Positions 12,171 through 24,896 of a DNA stretch of 64,000 bases are shown piece by piece; the stretch's first letter is position 1; every line of letters begins with the position of its first letter. The position numbers and the translations under genes are program-made. The notes under the pieces are model-generated. The model had not been told where the DNA came from. It did not search any database and saw only the letters and a program-made list of their open reading frames with translations. This stretch comes from Octopus vulgaris (Eukaryota): assembly GCA_951406725.2 (NCBI GenBank), contig OX597818.1:133114001-133178000 (forward strand), in the 5' to 3' direction.

Positions 12171-13199
12171 ATATATACTACATAGGGCTGCATAGTGGCA
12201 AAAATGTGACAGAATTGAGTGGGGGAAGAAATCCATTCACATTATTTAGCTAAATCTCTCTTCAGTGTGAATTCAAATCCTACAAAAGTCTACAAGCACT
12301 TCCAGTCTTCCAGGGTGGGAGCATAAGTACCAGCATCAATGCTGAAGTATAATCAAGTGTCTAATTTCCTCTTGTAGGAAAAGCAAACTTGAATCAATAT
12401 ACACACTCAATATGAAAGCTGCCTTGCTTTGCATTTTGCCTCAACTCCAGACGGGGTCAAACAGGTGCAATTATGACGTTCAGTATGTCTTGGACATCTA
12501 AACCTGGCATAGCCACCCTCTCCATGTCTGATCACAGCCAATTTCTCCGACAGAAAGACACACACACACACTGAATGAGGGATAGTGAGAGAGAATAAAT
12601 GAGAGAGAGAGAGTGAGAAAGTAAGAAAGATAGAAGATGGAGAGATGAATTACCTACAGAATAGGACCAGTGTATTAATAATCTATCCTGAAAGAATGAA
12701 AGGCAAAGTTGTCCATAGTGGGATTTGAACCTAAAGTGCAGAGATCTTAATAAACATCACAAGGCTTATACAATATCCTAACAACTCTGCTGATTTGCTG
12801 CCTTAATATGAAACCATACTGTTTAAAATACTTTTATAAGAAGTTGATTGAACACATTAAATATCATATGAAAATCCATAAATTCAACCAACAATCAAAC
12901 ATCTCAATATAAAACTTTGAAATAATTAAATAAAATAGTTATTAGCTTTCAATGTTTTACTTTCTAAAAGCTATGTTTAACAAGAACTTCAAACACATTA
13001 ACCCTTTTGATATTAAACTGCCTGTGGTTCTGTGATACAAAACCTTCCATTTTAAATGTACATATTTAAACTAAAACCTTCAATCATAATTTTATGGAGG
13101 GACCACTTATAAGGTTAAGTCCCATACACTAAATTAATATTTAAAATATATAAAAATTAATTGCAATACATAGCCAGTGTATTCTATTAGAATCGTCTT

Positions 13200-14032
13200 T
13201 CATCTTTTATCTCTTATTTGTTTCAGTCATTAGACTGCGGCCAAGCTGGGGCACTGCCTTGAAGAATTTTTAGTCAAATAAATCAACTCCGGTACTTATT
13301 TTTTGTTAAGCCTGGTACTTATTCTAGTGGTCTCTTTTACTAAACTACTAAGTTACAGGAACATAGACACACCAACACCAGCGGTCAAGTGGCACTGGGG
13401 GACAAACACAGACAGAAATGCACAAACACACACATATCTCTCTCTCTTTCTCTTTTACTTGTTTCAGTCATTTGACTGCGGCCATGCTGGAGCACCACCT
13501 TTAATCGAGCAACTCGACCCCGGGACTTATTCTTTTGTAAGCCCAGTACTTATTCTATCAGTCTCTTTTGTCGAACCGCAAAGTAACGAGGACATAAACA
13601 CACCAGCATTGGTTGTCAAGCAATGCTAGGGGGACAAACACAGACACACAAACACACACACACATATATATACATATATACGACGGGCTTCTTTCAGTTT
13701 CTGTCTACCAAATCCACTCACAAGGCTTTGATCGGCCTGAGGCTATAGTAGAAGACACTTGCCCAAGGTGCCATGCAGTGGGACTGAACCCGGAACCATG
13801 TGGTTGGTAAACAACCTACTTACCACACAGTCACTCCTGCGCCTATATATATATATATAATAGTACATATGTATGTACAACAGGCTTCTTTCGGTTTCCA
13901 TCTACTGAATCCACTTACAAAGCTTTGGTTGACCCAAGACTTTAGTAGAAAACACTTGTCTGCTGTGTCACACATTGGGATTGAACTCAGAACTATGTGA
14001 TCAGGAAGTAAGCTTCTAACCACACAGCCATG
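13200..14032 (-). mobile_element. Young SINE-A (about 13450-13843) nested inside an older SINE-A
   Basis: Older copy has its 3' half at 13200-13435 and its 5' half at 13880-14032, separated by a complete young copy. Confidence 0.8.
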
Positions 14033-14183
14033 TCTAGTCATAAAAAGGCTAAAGTATTCTTATAGTTATATGTTTATCCTATGTAGAACTAAAACTGTTT
14101 ACCACTTAGCTACTGCATAAGATTCTTAAATCAAAGTAAGGGATTGGATTTTAAGCTCAGTGTCTTTAGTTCAACTCCACTCC

Positions 14184-14425
14184 CATCATCATCATCATCC
14201 TCATCGTTTAACGTCCGTTCTCCATGCTAGCATGGGTTGGACGGTTCGACAGGGAATCTGGGAAGCCAGAAAGGCTGCACCAGGCTCCAGTTTGATCTGG
14301 CAGTGTTTCTACAGCTGGATGCCCTTCCTAACGCCAACCACTCCGTGAGTGTAGTGGGTGCTTTTTACGTGCCACCGGCACAGGTGCCAGGCGAGGCTGG
14401 CAACGGTCACGATCGGGTTGGTGGA
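14184..14425 (-). mobile_element. RTE 3' tail fragment
   Basis: Reverse complement of the 63400-63635-type terminal segment with an (ATC)n tail. Confidence 0.85.
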
Positions 14426-15089
14426 TGAAGAAAAAAAAAAAAGAAAAAAAAAAGAAAAAAATGTACAATACAACTTTGTAGAAATATCAGCTAACAAGAA
14501 TACACATGGTTATTGGAAAATCATTGTGGAAATCTCTAGGTGTCTGCTTGACCTGCTAGAAAAGGCAGCCATGTCACAGTTTAGTGTCTTAAAAAAAGAA
14601 ACAGCAGAGGAAATATAATGTAGTCCTTGATAGTAATGCTTGAATAAAGATAAGATGGTCATGTCTGGAATGGTTTTGATCATGTGCCAGCTCAGTCGGA
14701 GCCTAAATGATGAGTTAGCTTTTGATGTGTTTTGTTATGTATGTGAACAACAGACTTAACTGCAATCAGCACATTTAAACCCTGAGAATAACTGCTGGTA
14801 TGGGCGTGGCTGTATGGTTAAAAAAATTGCTTCACAATACCATAATTCTGGCTTGGTCTGTTCTCACTGCATGGTATCTTCAGCAAGTGTGTCTCACCAT
14901 AGCCACTAGTTATTCAAAACCACGGAATACGGTAAACAGAAACTGTGAAAGAGCCTGTGGTACACACACAAAAACATACACATATATATACACATACACA
15001 CACACTATGTATGCATGTATGTATGTATGTATGTATGGATCTATGTATCTATGTATGTATGTATGTATGTATGTATGTATCTATGTAAG

Positions 15090-15131
<42 letters not shown>

Positions 15132-15132
<1 letters not shown>

Positions 15133-15235
15133 TTTATTTAAAAGCAGCAGAAATATAACAATAGCTGTTACTCAGAGTTTCACTTGCCCGTTTGTTGGAC
15201 AGTTTTTGTTATATTTCTGCTGCTTTTAAATAAAG
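15132..15235 (-). ncRNA. Degenerate type I hammerhead-like motif closed by a 37-bp stem
   Basis: Arms 15132-15168 and 15199-15235 are reverse complements. The minus-strand loop reads CCAACAA-ACGGGCAAGT-GAAA-CTCTGAG-TA. Confidence 0.5.
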
Positions 15236-15305
15236 CATACTACTCTACCTCTGGTATTTGAGTACTCTTTTTTCCACCTTGTTTCACATTTATGTGCTTA
15301 CTCCG

Positions 15306-15337
<32 letters not shown>

Positions 15338-15379
15338 AAAATCTCAAGAAGAGATAGAGTAGTAACATAATATACTAAA

Positions 15380-15611
15380 CAGTAGAGTGAGTTGCCACAT
15401 GAGAGTGGCAGGTGAATGTTACTACTAGTTTAACTCCAGGCAGATTCTCCACCAGCTGGTTTTCGATGCAATGTCCTGCATCATTTATATACAATATATC
15501 GCTAGCAGGGTGCAGAACATAGCATCAAAAACCAGCTGGCAGAAAATCTGCCTGGGATTAAACCAGTAGTAACATTCATCTGCCATTTTGATGTGGCAAC
15601 TTGCTCTACTG
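15380..15611. mobile_element. Foldback MITE with Tc1/mariner-like CAGT termini
   Basis: About 100-bp imperfect inverted arms, CAGTAGAG...CTGCATC and GGTGCAG...CTCTACTG, followed by TA. Confidence 0.8.
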
Positions 15612-16202
15612 TATATATATATGTGTGTGTATACATATATATATTGGTATGTGTACATCTTGTGCTGATCTGTATCAGTGAATGGTATAAATATCAGCAA
15701 AACACCAATGTTATTCAAATAAAGTCTGCCAATATAAAGGTTTTCATTTGTAACACCTTACTGAAAATGGAGTAAACCAATAAGAGGCTATTAGAAATCT
15801 ATACTCAATAATGTTATTGTTTATAAACTGTATTATAAAATATATAGAAAATATAATGAAAAACTACTAAATAATCTAAAAATGTTGCTTTAGGTATTCT
15901 TGAATCCAAAACCAAGAGGGCATACATACAAACATACACACACACACATTCATAGACATATTTTTATACATACATACATATACATATACACACATACATA
16001 CATACACACACATACACACACATATTCATACATACACACATACATACATACAAACATACGTACACATACACACATACATACATACAAACATACGTACATA
16101 TGTACATACATATGCAAGGACAAGCAAGTTAGGCAAGTCAATATATAAAAAATATTAAATATATTTAATACAAAAAATGCACATGTATATACATATAAAA
16201 AA

Positions 16203-16610
16203 AATTTGACTTAGAACGTAAATGATATCAGGAATTAAGGAGGTTGAGTAGGAGTTTTACGAGTCTAACAGCTGTTTCTGAGGGCTTGGTGGTCCAAATT
16301 AATGAGTGTAACTATATTCCATCAGTGGCTAGCACCAACCTCCCACTACTCTATATCTAAACGCCCACCAACTCCTCTTTCTAATGCGCTTAGTTCCCCA
16401 CAAAATTATTCCATCTTTAAACTCTTCTCTGTCAACACCTCAAATGTAAAATTCTTCCCTAAAGATAGAGGCTGATGTTATCCAATGACAGAATCAAGTT
16501 ATACTCATTATTTTGGACCACCAACCACCCAGAAACAGCTGTTGGAATCATAAAACCCCTACTCAACCCCTTAATTCTTGATATCATTTCTATTCTGTGT
16601 AAGTCAATTT
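16203..16610. repeat. Inverted pair of ~105-bp repeats, each carrying GAAACAGCTGTT
   Basis: 16203-16312 versus 16497-16610 in reverse complement; a CTGATG precedes each arm in its own orientation. Confidence 0.75.
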
Positions 16611-16638
16611 ATATATATATATATATATATATATACAT

Positions 16639-18062
16639 AATTACAGAGGTATCAAGCTGTTGGATCAGGTAATGAAGGTTACAGAGAGGGTCATAGCCCA
16701 ACTAATTAGAGAGAGAGTTAGTTTAGATGAGATGCAGTTTGGGTTTGTCCCAGGGAAAAGCACCACTGATGCTATATTCCTGGTAAGGCAGCTGCAGGAG
16801 AAATACCTAGCCAAAGATAAGACCCTGTACCTGGCTTTCGTTGACATGGAGAAAGCCTTTGATAGGGTCCCCCGATCCCTCATCTGGTGGTCAATGAGGA
16901 AACTAGGGATAGATGAATGGCTGGTGAGGGCTGTGCAAGCCATGTACAGAGATGCCGTAAGTAAGGTTAGAGTTGGCAGCATGTACACAGAAGAATTCAA
17001 GGTAGAGGTTGGGGTCCACCAGGGTTCAGTACTCAGCCCCCTCCTATTTATCATAGTCCTCCAAGCAATTGTGGAGGAATTCAAGACAGGTTGCCCCTGG
17101 GAGCTCCTCTATGCTGACGACCTCGCTCTAATCGCTGAGTCACTATCAGAACTGGAGGAGAAGTTCCAGGTGTGGAAGGAGGGTTTAGAATCGAGGGGCC
17201 TTAGAGTCAACCTAGCTAAAACCAAAGTACTAATAAGTAGAAAGTTAGAAAATCCACAAATATCCTCAGGAAGATGGCCCTGCTCGATCTGTAGAAAAGG
17301 TGTAGGTAGAAACTCTATAAGATGTACCCAGTGTAAGCTATGAACACATAAGAGGTGCAGCAATGTCAAAGGTAGGCTAACTGGGAAGATAGTTTTTGTA
17401 TGTGGCAGATGCTCTGGAGCATTGACCTCCGAAAATCTGCAGAAAACAACTTCCGTCACTTTCCGGGGGAAAAACTAGAAGTAGTTGATAGCTTCCGCTA
17501 TCTAGGAGACCAAGTCAGTAGTGGGGGCGGGTGCGCTGAAAGTGTAACTGCTAGAATAAGAATAGCCTGGGCAAAGTTTAGGGAGCTCTTACCTCTGCTG
17601 GTGACTAAAGGCCTCTCGCTCAGAGTAAAAGGCAGACTGTATGATGCATGTGTACGAACAGCTATGCTACATGGCAGTGAAACATGGGCCGTGACTGCTG
17701 AGGACATGCGTAAGCTTGTGAGGAACGAAGCCAGTATGCTCCGATGGATGTGTAATGTCAGTGTACTTACTCGACAGAGCGTTAGTACCTTGAGAGAAAT
17801 GTTGTACCTAAGAAGCATCAGTTGTTGTGTGCAAGAGAGACGATTGCGCTGGTATGGTCATGTGGCGAGAATGGATGAAGATAGGTGTGTGAGAAAGTGC
17901 CAATCCCTAGCAGTTGAGGGAACCCGTGGAAGAGGTAGACCCAGGAAAACCTGGGACGAAGTGGTGAAGCACGACCTTCGGACGTTAGGTCTCACCATGG
18001 AAATGACTAGAGACCGAGACCTATGGAAGTATGCTGTGCGTGAGAAGACCCGGCAAGACTAG
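16639..18062 (+). pseudogene. Disrupted RTE reverse transcriptase ORF
   Basis: In-frame TGA at 17341 (expected Trp in KLWTH) and a frameshift near 17462-17470 join ORFs 16660-17343 and 17400-18062. The endonuclease domain is absent. Confidence 0.92.
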
Positions 18063-18693
18063 TGAAGCCATAATCCGTGGCCCCTACCTGGGACGTAGTC
18101 AGTCCACCTGTGCATACCTTCCTTCTTGTGACACTTGTGAAGACCTGTTGAGGCAAGTGAGAATCGAATCGAATCAAATCAAATCAAATCGAACCAAATC
18201 AAAATAGATGAACATCAATGGAATTTGTATCCTTGTGGTACCAGTGCCGGTGGCACATAAGAAAACCATCCGAACGTGATCGTAGCCAGTACCGCAACGA
18301 CTGGCCTCCGTGCTGAGGGCACGTAACAAACACCATCCGAGCGTGGCCGTCCGCCAGCCCCGTCTGGCACCTGTGTCGGTGACACATAAGAAAACACCAT
18401 CCGAGCGTGGCCGTCAGCCAGCCTCGTCTGGCACCTGTGTCGGTGGCACATAAAAACACCATCCGAGCGTGGCCGTCTGCCAGCCTCGTCTGGCACCTGT
18501 GTCGGTGGCACATAAAATCACCCACTACACTCTCGGAGTGGTTGGCGTTAGGAAGGGCATCCAGCTGTAGAAACACTGCCAGATCTGACTGGCCTGGTGC
18601 AGCCTTCGGGCTTGCCAGACCCCAGTTGAACCGTCTAACCCATGCTAGCATGGAAAGCGGACGTTAAACGATGATGATGATGATGATGATGAT
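16639..18693 (+). mobile_element. 5'-truncated RTE-clade LINE
   Basis: RT motifs NYRGIKL, QFGF, FVDMEKAFD, HQGSVLSPLLF, YADD and YLG; RTE C-terminus LHGSETW, RRLRWYGHV and RGRPRKTW; 3' UTR subrepeats and (GAT)n tail. Confidence 0.95.
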
Positions 18694-18902
18694 ATGTATA
18701 TTCTTAGTATTAAATGTATTCAAAATTTTCTGTATATCAACTTGCCAAAATTGCTAGTCCTTACATTTACCCCACTATCTGTTCAAGTTCAAATTTTTTG
18801 AGCACTACGAAGTGTATTCTATACAGAGAATATCTGTCTCTAATCTATAAACTACATACATACATACATTCTTTTTGTTCTTTTACTTGTTTCAGTCATT
18901 GG

Positions 18903-18993
18903 TACATTCACTACAGCTGTTTCAAATGAGTTTTTTATTGATGAATAAATTTATTTCATCATGTGAAAAAAACGTTTTCATCAGATGAATATA
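18903..18993 (-). ncRNA. Type I hammerhead ribozyme with intact core and extended stem II
   Basis: Minus strand: UAUAUUCAU CUGAUGA [AAACG...CAUUU long hairpin] GAAA CAGCUG UA GUGAAUGUA. Stem I has 9 bp with 2 G-U pairs, stem III is palindromic, and the cleavage triplet is GUA. Confidence 0.75.
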
Positions 18994-19183
18994 CATGAAT
19001 TAAACATTTTGGAAAAACATTCCAAGAATTATGTTCCACTTCATGATTCCTGACTAGCTTCAACCAAAACGTTTTTTCAGATAATGTAATAACTCTATCC
19101 ATCAATAAAATACTTCTTTGAAACAGCTGTAGTGAATGAACCAATTTCGATCTGTTGTTTGATATATATATATATATATATAA

Positions 19184-19245
<62 letters not shown>

Positions 19246-21096
19246 CATGAATATTGTTGGCAGTGACTTCGAAATTTCAATTTTGCTGGTGCAGAAGCCA
19301 ATTTTTTTTTGTTATTCTTAACTCACTGCAATATTAAAGACTTACTGTTATCTCAAACAATGCTTACCCCTATGCATATAATACCACCCTTTATTCCCTC
19401 ATGCATATCATTCATAGGCATTCTCTACAAGTAAGCTAGACTTAATTGCTGATATTCAGATGACAATGAAGAGTAGTGAAAAATGTGGATTCTGAATATG
19501 CATTAACATTACCTTTCAGAGGGAAGTTTGATTATAGAGTATAGTCTTGACAGCAGGATAGACTATAAAAATAGTGAGATATTCATGTCTTAGGGGAATA
19601 GGGTCTTTGGTTTGTGTCTAAGAAGATAATGGATGACATCCATGTTGGACTGGAATCCATAAATGTTCATAAGGTGGAGGAAGAATTGTTCACTGGATTC
19701 GCTTAGAAAAGCAACTGTAATTATTTGAATGTAGAACCTTTAGATATGCGTTGGTTGTGATTCTATTACTGTGACTATGAGCAACATGTTAATTTACATA
19801 CTAAAGGAAACTTGTTTCAATTAGCAAAATATTCAGACAATCTGTCACAATGATAACTTTCACTTTTAGTTGTTAAAAAATCAGTGTCACTATGAGAGAC
19901 AATATGTCAAAAATTACAAGTAATTGAAGAAGTACAATCAAATCCACCCCACTACACCCAAAAAAAAAAAAAAAGAATTGTATTCAAGAGAAAAAGACAG
20001 CTGAAAATTAAAATTAAATGAGAATAAGTGATTTATATGAAATGAACTAAAATGACAGTAGGATCATGTACCTTAGAAAAGAGATTTTCAAGAAACAACA
20101 ATTAATTATCATAATTCTGGCTGTCTGTCTGTTTGTTTAGCTATACACATATGTGTCTATAGATTTCCTTCATCAAGCTATACTCATCTGAAGTAAAGCT
20201 GTACATTGTTCTAATGGTTTTCTGTTATATCTCATTATGTCAGTGCGTCTCCAAGAAAATGGATTCTCATTGCTGGCTGAATCACTGGCTTTGAAACATC
20301 TTGTTTTCTCATAGTTTAACAGCTTTCAGCAAAATTGATTGAATTTAAATAAATTGTATCCTAAGTTGATTAATATAGTAAATGTACATTTTGATACTTT
20401 ATGGTAATTAAGCTCTCATTCAGTTGATGTGAATGAATTATTAACACAGCTGCTTATGCAAGCTGTGTACAGAAAAACACAGAGACTCATTGGCTTTAGA
20501 AATTAAACAGCCAGGAATAATTATGTCTTTGTTAGGGACGAGGCCAGATTTCATGGGAGGAATTGTAGTTGATCACTTTGTAATAAACCTCAGTATCTTA
20601 CTGGTACATAATTACAATTTCTCTGTTTGGGACAAGATCAATTTCTCAAGATTGTAGCAAATTTTACTGATACAAATTACTATTGATAATATTGTAATGA
20701 AAGCAAAGTCAATCCTAGCTACTATATATATTATTCTATTGCTCAAATATTTATTTACTACATCTTATTCAGCATACTCTCTTTAACTGATTTTAATTTT
20801 CAAATAAAAAATAAAATCATTCACATATAATAAAACTTATTTACAGAGTTACAAAGCCAGAAATTTCAGTGGAGGGTTACAGTGGCCATAGCCATTGACT
20901 AGTAATTTATTATATCACTCTCCGAGAGGTAAAAGATGAAACTGATTTCAGTAAGATTTCAACTAAAAAGGTAGAGCCAAAACAAATACTGTAGGGCATT
21001 TTGTTCAATATTCTAATGATAATTCTAAACCAAAACCCTAATTCGTATATAACAATAATAATTCCACCACACACAGCAGTCTGTATATACTCAAAT

Positions 21097-21486
21097 GTGG
21101 AGGCGCAATGGCCCAGTGGTTAGGGCAGCGGACTCGCGGTCATAGGATCGCGGTTTCGATTCCCAGACCGGGCGTTGTGAGTGTTTATTGAGCGAAAACA
21201 CCTAAACGTTCCACGAGGCTCCGGCAGGGGATGGTGGTGATCCCTGCTGTACTCTTTCACCACAACTTTCTCTCACTCTTACTTCCTGTTTCTGTTGTAC
21301 CTGTATTTCAAAGGGCCAGCCTTGTCACTCTCTGTGTCACGCTGAATATCCCCGAGAACTACGTTAAGGGTGCACGTGTCTGTGGAGTGCTCAGCCACTT
21401 ACACGTTAATTTCACAAGCAGGCTGTTCCGTTGATCGGATCAACCGGAACCCTCGTCGTCGTAATCGATGGAGTGCTTCCATTCTC
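21097..21486 (+). mobile_element. tRNA-derived SINE, family C
   Basis: A-box TGGCCCAGTGG, B-box GGTTTCGATTCC, 10-bp TSD ATACTCAAAT (21087-21096 and 21487-21496); second copy at 51349-51739. Confidence 0.9.
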
Positions 21487-21993
21487 ATACTCAAATATTT
21501 AACAAGAATACTTAGTATATATTTTGAGTTATACCTGTTTGGCAAATGACTTGATCTGAGATATAACTTGGTCTGAGATCTTGAGTTGTGACTGAAACAG
21601 CTACATTGCAGTAAATTCATGATGGTCACATAAATGTTAAGTTGATTTTTGTTTATATTTGGTGATGGTACTATATACTTATGATGTGCTATAATATAGT
21701 TTAAATGTTTATGATGTGCTAAAAATATAATTAAAATATACTTATGATGTGCTAACATATAGGTAAAATATAGAAGAGGAGACACATGGGATAAAGAGTC
21801 ACTGGAGAGGTTGCAGGGTGTGAGACAAAAGAACTTTGACAAAGAAAAAAAATAATATTAAAGCTGAAGTGAAGACCATACATACAATGCATGTGTTTAA
21901 ATGGCAAAATGCGACCATCCTCAAGTATAACAATAGTTAAAATGTTAAAATATACTTAAAATAATATACAGCTCTAGTATATTTTATTACAGA

Positions 21994-23602
<1,609 letters not shown>

Positions 23603-23910
23603 TATACTATTATTCTCTAATGTAAAACTTAAAATCTCTATGGTTGAATATATATTCAATCTAAAATCTAAAGAAATAGATTATAACCCGGTATAGTCTA
23701 TCTTAAGTTCTGTTAATATACAAAGAGGACAGGAAGGATTGTCTTCTATGTATACAAAAAGCACTTGAGATCCTGAGAGCTGACTGCAATTTATCATTAA
23801 ACAAATGAAATTGTTATTCAATGTAACCCAAAATTTTCTTGGTCATTTAGCCATTACGTAATACAAAATAAACATAAGGTTAGGAGTGGAAAAAAAAATA
23901 CTCCAATTAA

Positions 23911-24196
23911 TCTTTATATATAAAAGTGAAGTTGTGTGATTTAGATTCCTAACTACTCCCACATTTTGCGGTGCAGTTTAACCAAAAGCGGGTATCTTAT
24001 AGTCGTGATTCATATCGAGCCCTTCTGGGTATTAGCGCGCGTCTTCGGTGAGCCTACGATTTTAAAATAAATTTACCATCATTTTTTCCCATTTTTAATG
24101 CATTTTTTTGCTATTATATAAGGGAAGTAACTCTCTAAAAATACGTATATAGTTATTTTCCTTACAAACCCGAGCAACGCCGGGCAATACTGCTAG
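23911..24196 (+). mobile_element. Non-autonomous Helitron (286 bp)
   Basis: A|TC start, hairpin CCCGAGCAACGCCGGG at 24169-24184, CTAG|T end, no TSD. Confidence 0.85.
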
Positions 24197-24486
24197 TAAT
24201 AAAATAAAGTTGTTGAATGTGATGACAAAGGATGACCTATTTTGATTTAGTTTTAATATCTGTTTTTAATTTCAACTTTATTTTAATTTAATTATATTGG
24301 CAATTGTGTCAACAAGTGTTGGTCATAACTGGATATCACAACATAAAATCATGTTTAGATAGTAATAACACTAAGGATATAATATGATAAACTAAAGATT
24401 TTATTCTGTATAACTTTCCTTACTATAATTATTTATTATTTACTATATGTTTGCCCATAATAACTTGAATAATCAACTTATCTCAT

Positions 24487-24896
24487 TTACTCTTTTACTC
24501 TCTTTTACTTGTTTCAGTCATTTGACTGCAGCCATGCTGGAGCACCGCCTTTAGTCGAGCAAATCGACCCCGGGACTTATTCTTTGTAAGCCCAGTACTT
24601 ATTCTATCGGTCTCTTTTGCCGAACCGCTAAGTGACGGGGATGTAAACACACCAGCATCGGTTGTCAAGCAATGCTAGGGGGACAAACACAGACACACAA
24701 ACACACACACACATACATATATATATATACATATATACGACAGGCTTCTTTCAGTTTCCGTCTACCAAATCCACTCACAAGGCATCGGTCGGCCTGGGGC
24801 CATAGCAGAAGACACTTGCCCAAGATGCCAGGCAGTGGGACTGAACCCGGAACCATGTGGTTGGTTAGCAAGCTACTTACCACACAGCCACTCCTA
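24487..24896 (-). mobile_element. SINE family A
   Basis: Full-length copy. Confidence 0.9.

Noticed and set aside
21097-21175. tRNA gene
   Set aside because: tRNA-like head of a SINE with a body and TSD; a second copy lies at 51.7 kb and no proper acceptor stem is evident.
21672-21760. Three ~30-bp tandem units (TTATGATGTGCTA)
   Set aside because: Ordinary short minisatellite with related linkers; not a spacer array.
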